A stretch of DNA of 63,568 bases, counting the filler, from Octopus bimaculoides (lineage: Eukaryota): NCBI RefSeq assembly GCF_001194135.2. It is 11 parts of 11 records of this genome, joined end to end, with 100 filler letters (N's around TTAATTAATTAA, not from the genome) between each part and the next. Parts side by side here need not be neighbours in the genome. Positions count along the whole stretch, not along the records: positions 7,709 to 25,655 come from NC_068994.1; positions 25,756 to 28,508 come from NC_068997.1; 9 more parts are not named here. One strand, written 5' to 3'. The translations under genes and the position numbers were made by a program. Below are positions 12,921 to 26,114 of this stretch, in pieces. The notes below the pieces were generated by a model. It saw nothing but the letters and a program-made list of their open reading frames with translations. It ran no database searches and was not told the DNA's origin. Positions within the stretch are counted from its first letter, which is position 1. The number at the start of each line of letters is the position of its first letter.

Positions 12921-13059
12921 GAGTGAGAGAACAGTGCATGCCATCAAAGTGACACTTGGGTAAAATATACAAAGCCCAATATACCCATCATGACTACCCG
13001 TCTGATAAGGGTACACCAGGCACATGCATCACAACCATATGTGCGTGACATGGTGATCT
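12921..13059. mobile_element. (TAA)n-associated interspersed repeat (second copy 22290-22400)
   Basis: gagtgagaga.c..tgcatgcca.caaagtgacact.ggg directly abuts an (ATT)n array at both loci. Confidence 0.7.
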
Positions 13060-13682
13060 NNNNNNNNNNNNNNNNNNNNNNNNNNNNNNNNNNNNNNNNN
13101 NNNNNNNNNNNNNNNNNNNNNNNNNNNNNNNNNNNNNNNNNNNNNNNNNNNNNNNNNNNNNNNNNNNNNNNNNNNNNNNNNNNNNNNNNNNNNNNNNNNN
13201 NNNNNNNNNNNNNNNNNNNNNNNNNNNNNNNNNNNNNNNNNNNNNNNNNNNNNNNNNNNNNNNNNNNNNNNNNNNNNNNNNNNNNNNNNNNNNNNNNNNN
13301 NNNNNNNNNNNNNNNNNNNNNNNNNNNNNNNNNNNNNNNNNNNNNNNNNNNNNNNNNNNNNNNNNNNNNNNNNNNNNNNNNNNNNNNNNNNNNNNNNNNN
13401 NNNNNNNNNNNNNNNNNNNNNNNNNNNNNNNNNNNNNNNNNNNNNNNNNNNNNNNNNNNNNNNNNNNNNNNNNNNNNNNNNNNNNNNNNNNNNNNNNNNN
13501 NNNNNNNNNNNNNNNNNNNNNNNNNNNNNNNNNNNNNNNNNNNNNNNNNNNNNNNNNNNNNNNNNNNNNNNNNNNNNNNNNNNNNNNNNNNNNNNNNNNN
13601 NNNNNNNNNNNNNNNNNNNNNNNNNNNNNNNNNNNNNNNNNNNNNNNNNNNNNNNNNNNNNNNNNNNNNNNNNNNNNNNNNN

Positions 13683-13750
<68 letters not shown>

Positions 13751-13768
13751 CATCATTATTATTATTTT

Positions 13769-14828
13769 ATGTTTGACTTTTGCTTTCCATTTGTACAAGT
13801 TGGCTCCAAGTCTCATGCAGAGACCTCGAGACAAGTTAGAAGTTCCATATATTTGGTTCTGTACATAGTGTTGTTCTAGAGAATGTTTAAGAAACCATGA
13901 GAAAATTATGAGTTTGTTTTAAAATTTGAGATTGCATAGACAGTATTTTACGCAGGATATGGGCAGTTCCCATGAGCACTATCTTTTGAATTTCTGCCAT
14001 TCTGGAGTTTCCTGGTATCTGAGCTAGGTAGCAATATACCCCTTTTGCTATCATTTCTAGGTCACCCATGACAACTGGTATTGTTTTAGTCTTGGGGTTC
14101 CACATTTTGCCAATTTCTATTTCAAGATCTTTATAATTGCTCAGTTTTTGTAGGTCTTGACAGATACGTTTATATCGATTGGTGACAGTCATATCAATGA
14201 GGAGGCATGATTTTTGTCTGCAGTTTTTCAACTATCTTTCTGTCAGTTTGAATGGTGAATTTCCAGAGGAGTGAGATGTGATCATTTTCAAGCACTGGAG
14301 GTGGCTTGTGTTTGCACCAGATTTTTTCATGGGGCAGGTCCAGGTTTTTGCAAATTACCCATTGAATATATTGTGCTGCTCTATCATGCTTGTTGAGATA
14401 CTCTTTAGGCGCAAAAAGACTGCACATGGAGACGACATGATCAACGGTTTCATTTTATTGTTGACATACACGACATGTTGGGAAGCTGCTGTTCTTTAAT
14501 ATGTTGGCCTGGCAGTTCCTTGTCGGTAGGCATTGATCTTGGGCTGCTATGATAAACCCATCTGTTTCAGATTTTAAGCCAGAAGCCACTAACCATTGTT
14601 GGGTAAATGTTTTGTCAACATCGACATTATTAGCTCTCTTTGGGTATTTGCCATTGAGAGGCTGTTCTTGTCACGTATCAGTCAGAATTTCTGAGGCAGC
14701 AGTTTTAGCACGGGTTTTCATGTGCTTAGCTTTTTCTGCACTTGTTTCTAGTATGTTTAATTCCGGAATTTGTTGTATTTGGAATTCACTTAGATGTTCC
14801 TTTGCCTGTTTTGTTACTGAATATGATG
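13769..14828 (-). mobile_element. R4/Dong-clade LINE, 5'-truncated (CCHC+REL+3' UTR)
   Basis: CSLFAPKEYLNKHDRAAQYIQW, LLIDMTV, YKDLEIEIGKMW, IPVVMG, IQKIVLMGTAHILRKILS. (ATT)n arrays lie at both ends. Confidence 0.9.
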
Positions 14829-14834
14829 CTTTAA

Positions 14835-14903
<69 letters not shown>

Positions 14904-14909
14904 CAGTAG

Positions 14910-17900
14910 TTTCATATACACTCAACACATTAGACTGTTGGAAAAGAAAAAAATCATAGGGTTACAACATAGGGCTACAACATAGGTCTACAACAAGTAA
15001 CCTTAGATGCCAAGAAATGGCCTAAGTATCCCAGCTGTCCCTAATAACACTGTTTTCTGGAGCTGTACTAAACAGGACTTTATGGCTATTTCCTCTATCC
15101 CTCTGTTCAGATCTTTAAGGATAGTTCCCAATGCACCTATAACTACTGGGTTGTATTTTGCCCGCACTTTTCATAGCCTCTGTAATTCAATAGCTAGGTC
15201 CTGATACTTTGCTATTTTTTCTATACTTCTCATTAATGTTTTCATCACTCGGAATTGTAATGTCAATTATCAGGCATTTTCTATTCTCTTTATCTACTAC
15301 TACCAAATCAGACTTTCTACCTTCTATTACTCTGTCCGTTCCACGACGTCTATTTCTTACTTTCTAGTACTTTACTAGGTTCATGTTCATATCATTTATC
15401 ATTATGTTCAAATCCTAGCTTTCTACATAGCTCCCATTGGTTTACTCTCCTTAGATTGTTATGCCTTTTCTTGTATTCTATCTGCGCCAGCATGCTACAT
15501 TCAGTTACTATGTGAGTAACGCTTCTTTTGATTTGCATAATCTACATTGGAAATCTACTTGGTTTTTGTCTATCTTAGCTTTTATCCAATTAGTCCTTAA
15601 TGCTTGACCTTGTGCAGCTAGAAGCAAACTTTATGTCTCCCTCTTCAGCGTTCCTTTCTGCAACCATAACCATGCCTCACTACTACTATTCGCTGCAACT
15701 CTCTTTGGGAATCTACCATGCAACAACTTCTCCTGCCAGTCAGATAATTTCTGCTCTTTTTCTGGTTTTTAAGTTCGTTAGAGATTTTAGCTTCCCTATG
15801 TCTTGCTGTAACTCTAGCAGCTTTTAATAAACTTTCTTTACTATTACCTACATATGAGTTTATATCTACTCTAGCTAACTCCACGCAGTCTTTTACTGAT
15901 ATTAACCCTCTTCTGCCTTCCTTTATAGGTAGGTATAATCTTGCTACACCTGCCCTTGGGTGGAGTCCTCCGTTCATATTTAATTCTTTCGTAGATCTGT
16001 GTAGCTTTGCTAATTCAGTTTTTGTCCAATCTACAAAAGCTGCTGAGTATCTCAGTAATGATACTGCACAAGTATTTAGAGCTTTCACTAGATTTGGACC
16101 ATTAGCTTCTTCACTCTTCCGATATTAGCTTCCCCACACTTCTGATACACTCCTCAATTTTTGTTTTCATTTCTGCAGTTAGTGCTCTGTCAGACTTTAA
16201 TAATCCTAGCTACTTATAACTCTCTCTTCGTTTCAATGATTTTAATGTCTGGCCATCTGGTAATTGGCTGTTGACTACCTGTCCCCTTCTCATGACTAAT
16301 ATTGCACACTTATCTATACCAAATTCTATGCCTATATCTTTGCTGAAGAGTCTTACAGACTATATTAAAGAATCTATCTCTTTTTAGTTCTTACTAAAAA
16401 AAACTTCAGATCATCCATGTAGAACTAATGGTTAATTTTTCCTTTTCTATTTCTGAACTAATACCCTGCCTTTGACTTCCTTAATACTAAACTGAGGGAG
16501 ATCAAACATACGAGAAATATTTAGATATTAAAGGGAACAACGAATCCTTCTGGAAAAATGCATCTTTGGATATTAACTTCCCTAACAGTGTGTCACCTGA
16601 GTAGTGATCTACTTTCCATTTCTTCATGCCACAGCTAATTAATTTACTTATGTTGTCTGCTATACTGAATATACTCAAACATTCACTTATCCATGAGTGT
16701 GGGATCATGTCATAAGCTTTTCTATAATCTATCCATTCTATTGTTAGATTTTTCTTTCTAGTTTTTAATTCATTTAGAACTGCTTTGTCTATGTGTAATA
16801 GAACATGCTTTCCTCTAGCATTCTTCCTGCAACTTTTCTGTTCTCCCAATAAATTCTGGCTGTCAAGGTGCTCGTAAATGCTTTCTGAAAGCATACCAGA
16901 TAACAGCTTCCACACTACTGGTAAACAAGTGATTGGTCTATAGTTGCTAGCTGTATTATTCTTGTTCCTAGCTTTCATGATGAGTATTGTCCTCTCTCTA
17001 GTCATCAAATCTGGTATTATTCCTCCATTAAGGCACTCTTGAAGTTGTTCCCTCAGCCTCCCATGTAAACTACTAAATTTCTTTAGCCAGTACCCTTAAA
17101 CTAAATCTCGTCCTGGTCCATTTCAATTTAGCATTTTCCCTAATACTTTACTCATTAATGCACTAATTAAACTTACATCTGGCTGCTTCCCACTCACTAC
17201 TTCGTCCTTCACTTTCTTTAACTATACAGCATCTCCATCTTTGACTGGGTTATCCCAAATATTACTCCAGAACTTTCTAGCTTCTTCTGCATTAGGTTTC
17301 TCATCTTAAGTACTTAGTTCTCCACTATTTATTTGGTTATAAAATCTCCTCTGGCTTGTCTTAAATAATCTATTCTGTTGATACTCATCTATTCTTTTAT
17401 ATCAATCTGGAGAGCTTGCTTGCTACTACTATGAAACGATGTTTCAAGTATCTTTACTCGAGGGAAGGTTTGCATTTTGTGTTTCCCAATTTGTTCAGTT
17501 CCCAAGCTTCTATTCTACTGATATCTTGATTTAAAGTCTTCACTTTATTTTGTAGTCGCCTTTCCACATTTGCTCTTTTTTAAATCTTTCCGTGTGAGAC
17601 GTCTAATCTTCTAGTGATTACTACCCCTCCTGCATAAATCAGTAAATTATTGTCTCCTATATTTTTAGTATCTATCCTACTCATAACAGAATCTACTTTC
17701 CTAGTCATTTCTAGAAGCTTCCTTCTGTTGGTGTCTTTTAATCCTGGCAATCTTTTTCTAACTTCTTTACTCATTACTTCTTGCAGCTCATCTAAAATCT
17801 TTTGATCTTCCACAGTTAAATCACTTAAGTCGCTGGTACCAGTTGTCCTTTCCTTATTGGTAGCGCTATTATTATTTTTCCTTTAGATTCTTCTTTGGTT

Positions 17901-17960
17901 TGAGCTGTATTTCTTATGTTGTTGCTTGTCTTTCCTACTGCCTGGTCTTTCTTTTCTAGT
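14910..17960 (-). mobile_element. R4/Dong-clade LINE, near full length, pseudogenised
   Basis: N-terminus 17580-17813; RT NYRPITCLPVVWKLL and WIDYRKAYDMIPHSWI (16502-17008); YMDD at 16410-16421; thumb LHPRAGVARLYLPIKEGRRGL (15645-16088); REL end near 15000-15330. Confidence 0.92.
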
Positions 17961-17986
17961 TCTATTATTATTATTACTATTATTCA

Positions 17987-20900
17987 GTAGTTTTATTTTT
18001 ATAACGTGCTTTTACTTCACTACCGAGCGCAGCTCTCTGTGACTTGGGTATGTGCTGTGGTTTGCTGTGATGCTCTTATGGTTACTGTATTGAAAGAGTT
18101 TTGCGTAGGATGTGTGAAAAGCCCAGTAGTGCAACTTTCTGTATGTTATATATATTTGTTACTATTGGTGTTTTTGTTATGTATTTGACTGAATATTTTT
18201 TTATCATACCTAATGCACCCACTATGATAGGAATTGTTTCCGGTTTTAGATTCCATATTCGAGTAACCTCTATTTCTTGGTCTTTGTATTTTAGAAGTGT
18301 TTCCATTTCTTTTAGAGAAACGTTGTCATCTGCTGGTATTGATGCATCAATAAGAAAGCATTTTTTTCCTCATGATCTCTGACAACTATATCTGGTCTAT
18401 TGGCCTTAATTTGTCTATCTGTGTGTATTGGCAATCGAATGTGACTTTTTGCTGCTTTTGTATTTGCACACAAGTCAAAGCGCCCAGTCCTCTGTATTAG
18501 ATAAGTACCTGTTCATTGCTATTGTCGAGGTCTTACAGGACAGTTCTACCTGCATCATTTCTCTTTCCCTATTACTTCTAGATAGGTACAGACAATCAAC
18601 ATATGCTTTTGGGTGGTGCATGTTCTTAAAAGTCAGAATTTTTCTTGCCTTCCTGTCCAGGTGTTGGAGCACTGTAAGATTCCAGTCAGTGATGTTAAAA
18701 CTATATTGGACTACTGGAAGTGCCAAGGTGTTAATGGCTTCGATACGATTTTTAGAGTTGAGTTCAGCTTTTAGTAGGAGTCTTATTCTACTGTAATATT
18801 CTTTTATTTTTTTTCTCCATTGTAGCATGTTGTATAAAATCTCCTTGGTTTATCCCCAGGTATTTGTAATTTTATTGTGGGTCAAGCATCTTGATGGTAG
18901 TGTCAGTATCTAATTTAATGGAAGCTGTTTGCCTGAGCTTGCCTCTTACAAAAGTTGCTTTAGCACACTTATCAAGGCCAAAGTCCTTCCTGATGTCATT
19001 GCTGAATTCTTTAACAGTTGTTAGCAGCCCTACTAGCTCTCCGTCGTTTCTAGCAAAGAGCTTTAGATTGTCTATATAAAACAGATGGTTTATTGTCGTA
19101 TTGTACACATTGAACCCATACCTGGTGTTATTTAGTTCGTTTGAGAGTGGGATAAGTAATAGGGATAGGGAGTTACCTTGAAAGATGCCTCGTTTGGTGT
19201 TGATGTTGTTAGTTTGGCTCATACTATTATTATGGTTCAGAAGGAGACGCGTTCCACTTGGCCATGCTACTTTGTAAGAATTTGGAGATGACAGCAGAGG
19301 TCTTATATATTTCAAAGGCCTTGAATATCCAATTATGAGGTTCACTATCAAACGCTTTCCCTTTACAGCCGTTGTGGAAGGAGAGATCTCTGTTCAAGGA
19401 AAGCGCATATTCTGTCAGTTAATATGGATGTGAGGATCTTGTAGGTGATGTTGAGACATGTTATTTGTCGGTAGTTATTTGGACTTTTTGTGTCTTCAGT
19501 TTTTGGTAGAAAGTATGTTGTCCCTTCAGTCAGCCGGGCAGGTATTTGCTCTGGGTTCTGGATGACATCAGTTAGACAAGCAGCTAAATTTTTGTGTACA
19601 TCTGTCAGACAGTTTAACCAGAAGTTAGGAATTTGGTCCAGTTCTGAAGTTTTCCATTTGTGAGACTTCCTAAGAACACATCTAATCTCTTCTGTTCTTA
19701 TTGCCTTCCATTTCTGCTCTTCAGTTTCATCCAGTCTCACTTTCTCATGCTCTATCTAGTCAGCTTTAGCATTATATTCTTTTTTGCTGCTCCATATCTT
19801 CTTCCAGAACTCTTCCATTTCCTCGATCTTAGGTAGCTCCTTTACTTCTATCTTACTTTTGCGAATTTCCCTATAAAAGCGGCGAGCTGGTAGAAACGTT
19901 AGCATGCCGGGCGAAATGCTTAACGGTATTTCGTCTGTCTTTACTTCTGAGTTCAAATTCCGCCGAGGTCAGCTTTGCCTTTTATCCTTTCGGGGTCGAT
20001 AAATTAAGTACCAGTTGCGTACTGGGTCGATCTAATCGACTGGCCCCCTCCCCCAAAATTTTGGGCCTTGAGCCAAGAGTAGAAAAGAATTTCCCTATAA
20101 AATTTCTTTGCATCCGTCTTGAATATCTTGTTTTGTCGATAAAATTTTATTCGTTTGTCATACCTTCTAAGCCGTTGGGCTTTCAATTGAATTCGTCGTT
20201 TCAATTGTTCTTTGATTTCATTTTTTGCTTGATTTTTCTAGCTCGTTTTGTCTTAACATTTACTCCTCTAGCAAGTTCATCGAGAACTGATACATCTGCC
20301 CGCAGAGATTCTATCACTTTTTTATTGCTATTTTCCGCTGAGCAGGTCTATTGACATGGTTGGTCCTTTTCTATATCGTCTTGATACCTAATTGAGCAGT
20401 CACAACTTTAGCACTGGAATAGATTAGGTTATTCAAATATGTCACGTCATTTCCCTTATTACTTAAGATCTAAGAGCAACATTATATATCATGATTATGT
20501 TGTTTTTTATGTTGTTGGAGAACTTTGCCAGTATTGATGATGTCAGTAGACTCAATCTTACTGAGTTCTCTGATATCTTCTTTTGCTTCTATAATCTTCT
20601 CTCTATTAATCACTACAGATTCTGTATCATACCTATTCTGGTGTTCTTGAGGTAGGTCTACTTTCTCTTCTTTTTCCGCCTGTTCTTCACTATTCTTTCT
20701 TCAGTTTCCTCGTTGGGATGTACTGCTTGTGCACTGGGGTCTGTGCATCTGTTACCTATTTCATCTGCATTGTTGCTGTTTTTATTTAGTCTACCGTGAA
20801 ATATTTGTGTCCTAATTTGGCTAATTTCAGTGTCATTTAACCTTTTATTCTTAATGATGTCTCTAGGTACATCATGAAGTACGCAGATATGTAGTTGCAT

Positions 20901-21300
20901 CTATATATCTGCATACTTCATTGCCTACTAAGTTTCTCCATGAAATGTAAGTTTGTAATATGAGTTTATTATTTGGGTTTAGTTGGGCTGTATAGAAAGC
21001 TTTCACATCTCTATAATCCTGTTTTTGGTGGGATCACTACTGACCTAGGGTTAGAGTTATCCTGGTTCTGGTTACCCAGTAGATCGTTTTTTAGAGAATT
21101 TGTTTAAGCAGTAAACTTTTCGACCCCAATCTGATTCCCCACAGAGTAACTCGGTCCTTGTTGTCCTGGGTGATGACCGACCCGGCGTGAGTTTTGGCTT
21201 GTCATTATGGCATTGACAGTGACAATAGGAAACGGGTCTGTTTGTTCAGAATTGGCTTTTTAACCTGACACCTTTTCCTTGTTCTTCGAAAGGATATATT
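17987..21300 (-). mobile_element. R4/Dong-clade LINE, decayed, interrupted by a SINE
   Basis: NYRQITCLNITYKILTSIL (19363-19740), RGIFQGNSLS and FYIDNLKLF (18872-19351), HHPKAYVDCLYLSRS (18475-18828), REL IPIIVGALG...LLGFSHILRKTLSIQ (18082-18306), N-terminus KNKRLNDTEISQI. Confidence 0.9.
19879..20086 (+). mobile_element. tRNA-derived SINE family A (Meta/Sauria-like core) with 16-bp TSD
   Basis: A-box-like ggtagaaacgttagc, B-box gagttcaaattcc, core gcctttt atcctttcggggtcgataaattaagtacc. TSD gaatttccctataaaa at 19863-19878 and 20087-20102. Confidence 0.92.
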
Positions 21301-21310
21301 TATCATATCA

Positions 21311-21627
21311 GTGATTAGAGCGTCGAGATTATGACCGTGAGGTTGTGAGTTCGAATCCCGGACCGGGCTGCGTGTTGTGTTCTTGAGCAAGACACTATTT
21401 CACATTGCTCCAGTTAACTCAGCTGTAGAAATGAGTTGCGACGTCACTGGTGCCAAGCTGTAACGGCCTTTGCCTTTCCCTTGGATGACATCGGTGGCGT
21501 GGAGAAGGGAGGCTGGTATGCATGGGCGACTGCTGGTCTTCCACAAACAACCTTGCCCGGACTTGTGCCTCGGAGGGTAACATTCTAGGTGCAATCCCAT
21601 GGTCATTCGTGACCGAAGGGGATCTCC
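21311..21627 (+). mobile_element. tRNA-derived SINE family D
   Basis: B-box gagttcgaatccc followed by ttcttgagcaagacact, a CORE/V-SINE-like box. Confidence 0.75.
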
Positions 21628-22182
21628 AATGCTAATATATCGAAAATAGCCTTTATTTATTTTTTTTTTATAGCCTTTTCCCCCGGCATAACTGTTTGGT
21701 TATGTTTTAAACTGAGTGACTAATTTATTCCTTTTTGTATTTGTTTGTGGGAAATCCCTTCGTTTTTGTTTGTTTGGTACGGCGTTGCTCGTGACACGTG
21801 TTTTTTCTTTTATTTTCTGGGTGTGTGCGTGTGCGTCGTGTAGGCATTATTTCTGTTGCTTATAAATATTAACATGTGTACATGGATGCCTGGACAGTTC
21901 CATATATAGGTAACTATTCAAATTACGTACTTACTGTTTAAGTGGTGTTTTTCCAGGTTTCCTGATGCTGGTTTTGACTTCGTGCATTTAAAAAAAAAAT
22001 TACACTTTATATGACAAAAATCTTCCCGGATTTTTAGTTCCTCTGCTTTAACAAAACTTTTCCCACAGTCGTATCGCGATGTTTTTCTTCTATTATACCG
22101 ATGTTATTGGAATGAGTTTGTTTTGTGGAGAGAGCTTCTTAATGTACGTCCATGTTGTTATTTAGCCCGGAACCTTCTCTCT

Positions 22183-22213
<31 letters not shown>

Positions 22214-22214
22214 G

Positions 22215-22283
<69 letters not shown>

Positions 22284-22821
22284 GTCATTGAGTGAGAGAG
22301 CTTTGCATGCCACCAAAGTGACACTGGGGTACAAATATACGAAACCCAATATAGCCACCATGATTGCCCTTCTGATGAGAAACCAGGAAACACTCAATAA
22401 TACTCTTAAAGAGTTACGAACCGGTCATCATACTGATTTACTTGGCCGGAGAATGGAGAAAATAATGGTGATCATTTTGCCACCAGAAATAGATGTCGGC
22501 TGACAAGTGGCGGTCGCAATACAAGATATAGAAACGAAGACAATCATATTACAAGTCCACAAACTGTCAAAGTAGGATCCTTACAGGAATGGAGGTACGC
22601 ATCTATCAGGTTTACATTGGGAAGATGCAAGCAATCTCAGGCCTGGATCGTACAAAGGCGTACAAAGCGTGTACAAAGGCGGTTCTTCTCAAATTAGTGC
22701 TCATCTATGTCCTGACAGGAAAATATCTGGAATTCTTCAGATGGAAAAAAATATTCTGAAGGACGGTGTGCATTTTAATATTGGTGGACGGCTGGAATGG
22801 CATCTTACACGCAAATTTTGA

Positions 22822-22985
22822 GTTAAAATTCTTTATGTACTAAGGTCAAAATCTGCCGAAGTCGACTTTATGCTTCATCCCTTCGGACTCGATGGAATAA
22901 AGTACCAGTCAAGTACTAGGGTCAATGTAATCGACTTTCCCTTTCCCCTCAAAATGGCTAACCTTGTACCAAAATTAGAAAAAGA
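22822..22985 (+). mobile_element. SINE family A, diverged copy
   Basis: gccgaagtcgacttt...catcccttcgg...aagtaccagtcaagtactagggtc. Confidence 0.65.
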
Positions 22986-23043
22986 TATTATTGTTGTAGG
23001 GGATACGTGTTGACAGAATCATTTGTGTGTGCGTGCGTATGTA

Positions 23044-23081
<38 letters not shown>

Positions 23082-23721
23082 TGTGTGTGTATGTGTGTGT
23101 GTGTGTGTGCGGGCGCGTGGGCGTGTGTGTGTGAGAGAGAGATAGGGCGAGAGACATGAGCATGCATTTACATTTCTGAATACTAATTGTATGGTGGTAT
23201 ACTTTATGTAAACAGCACATCGGTTACATGCAAAATATATTGAATATATTATTAGACTCCTCTTTAAACGAATCTGGTATGCATATATTTGACCAAATAT
23301 ATACTTATAATGGATTTTATGTAAATAATGTGCCGTTAAACACACAGTAGACTATGGAATATGATTCAACTGAATTGTCAATTTCAGTCGGTTGACTAAA
23401 TGGGCCAAGTGTATAAATATCGAATATTTGTTGAGATATTCAGTATTAATATCAATTAATATTGCCGACTGAATAATTCTTAAAAGTAGTAATGAATTGA
23501 ATTGCTTCAAAAACAACATAGAATAACTATCTAGACTTTTTCATTGTTTCGTTAAATAAATATCCATACTTTAAGTTTTCTAGTTTGATGCCCAATTGCA
23601 TATTTTTATTTTATAAAAACATATTTGTTTTTTTTCAACTAAAATTTCATGCACAAATAAGCCATTTTGAAAATGTATATTGTTCACGTCGTCCTTCTCT
23701 CTCTTTTACTGTTTCAACCTG

Positions 23722-23794
<73 letters not shown>

Positions 23795-24536
23795 TCTCTC
23801 TCTCTCTTCTTAAGAGAAATTTACTTCAAATACTGAGAGTAATATTTTTCAGTTGATCTACGATATTTTCCTATTCTTTTCCTGTTTGCTACTTGAATCA
23901 GGCGGGGAAATATTATTTAGTGAATAAATATGCAATATTTGATGACCATTTTAATCGGTGAGACAAGAATTTAGTTTAAAACTGAAATTCGAAATATAAC
24001 AAAATATTTGGCATAGCGAAAGAGGTACTAACATGAAACGGGGGTATGATGCGAAATTCCGTTTCTGAGACTGTGAAACATTCTAAATAATGACTCACTA
24101 GCTGCTTTGATCATTATTGGTAATTCCTTGTTTGCATCATATAAGGAAGAAACCACTCAACATGGCATTAGAACGATTTTATATGGACACAACACATTAA
24201 GAATTTCTAACATAGGTACAAGGCCAGAAATACTGGGAAAGTGTTTTGAAAAGTATTTTATTTCATAGAAAGAATTTAATTAATATCTAGAATAGTTCTA
24301 AAATAGCCCCACAATCAACAGATTGCGATTTGGTTTAGCTGTCCCCAGTTCAGCCTGAGAGTAATTAAAATATGAGGAATTCATACTGCACTGGAGATGA
24401 ATAAAATTCAAGAGTCGAAATTCAGGAGAACCCAAAATTCAAGAGCCATACTAGTGCAAAACTATATAAGAACAATCCACAGATGCACACAAATGTGCGT
24501 GTGTATGCGCAAATGTGTGTGTGTGTGTGTATGCGC

Positions 24537-24576
<40 letters not shown>

Positions 24577-25386
24577 GCCGTCTTAAGCTAAGAGTGGTGA
24601 AACTTCGACTTGAGTCAATTATAATAAACTACTCCAAATCGTTGTTACAGTAACCGTTTAAGTAGAGTCAAGACCAGCTAGTTTTTAAAATGCTTCAACT
24701 GAGGAAGGTTTACGTAATGGATGTATTTCCTACGTGAAACGTAGGTATTAAATTATTTTAGAATATCAGTACTTGGTTTGACTTCATTATTACTAGCCGG
24801 TTTTGACACCACTTATGGATATATATATATTTGAATTTTTTCTGTGGTATGAAACGTAGAGACATACCAGCAGATAGTTCTTACACCATTCTGTATATAG
24901 TCATAGAGAGTAATTTAGTTTGCATCGGGCCTCGTCCGGGTACGTGGTATTGACAAGCCAGAAAAATGACTAAGCATTGATGTCTGTCGCTCCTGAATGG
25001 GACTTCTCGCTTGTCTATGACTTCCAGGTGTTTTAATACCAAGCGCATGGATAAGAATGTATTCTCTTATACCTATAAGCGCAGCCTCCACACGAAGTCG
25101 CAAATTACATACTTTGTGTATGTGTGTTCCATATTGTATATATATATATATATATATATAACTTGGTCACGACAAGGGTAAACATTATTAAATAATTTAT
25201 ACCAGTGGTTAGCATGCGTAGTAAAAGTCAGAAGATATAAATATTTTAAAATATAATGGTGTATGAAATTTATGCTAAAAATGGCAATTTATGCTAAAAA
25301 TGGCAATGATTTATTTGGTCATTAATGGTGAAACTCATGGTTTTCGGTACGTATTGTAGTCTCATATTTATATATTTTACAGCGAC

Positions 25387-25478
25387 CTTACTGACGAGCT
25401 ACAAATGAATAATTAATTAATTTATTTATTTATTAGTTGATTTATTTAGTCATTAATAGTGAAACTCATGGGTATAAG
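25387..25478 (+). ncRNA. Hammerhead ribozyme with intact catalytic core and long AT-rich loop II
   Basis: CUUA-CUGACGA(25391)-GCUA..55 nt..UAGU-GAAA(25461)-C ucaugg G-UA-UAAG. Stem I pairs and stem III is near-palindromic (ACUCAUGGGU). Confidence 0.75.
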
Positions 25479-26062
25479 ATTGACTAAATTTTTATTCACT
25501 GAAATGTCTTGCTGACGTACAAACAACCTGCTTTGATTTAACCATGCCTTTTTGTGGTTTTCGTTTTGACGGCCATTTTTAGTATTTAAGAAATCCACAT
25601 AGTAGTTTTCTTTCCGTGTATATTTGATGCATTATCATGTGTATGTATGTATGTANNNNNNNNNNNNNNNNNNNNNNNNNNNNNNNNNNNNNNNNNNNNT
25701 TAATTAATTAANNNNNNNNNNNNNNNNNNNNNNNNNNNNNNNNNNNNNNNNNNNNATATATATATATATATACACATATATATGTATATATGTATATATA
25801 TATACATACACATATACACGCATACATATATGCATAGATGTACTTTTAAATAAATAAATATATATAAATATATGTATATATATATATGTATGTATACTTA
25901 TATACATATAATAGTGACACATAGGCGTATACATGTAATATATAAAGAAATATATATGCACATATACATATATATAGGTATATACATATTCATATACATA
26001 TACATATATATATAGGTATATACATATTCATATATATATATATATATGTATATGTATACATA

Positions 26063-26114
<52 letters not shown>

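Noticed and set aside
21311-21390. tRNA-like sequences at SINE heads
   Set aside because: They continue into repeat bodies, occur in multiple copies and lack a full cloverleaf, so they are not tRNA genes.
22365-22400. CTGATGAG...GAAAC hammerhead-like words
   Set aside because: No stem II pairing, and the sister copy at 13000 lacks the motif.
24915-25103. 62-aa minus-strand ORF in unique sequence
   Set aside because: No recognisable motif or clear splice signals.
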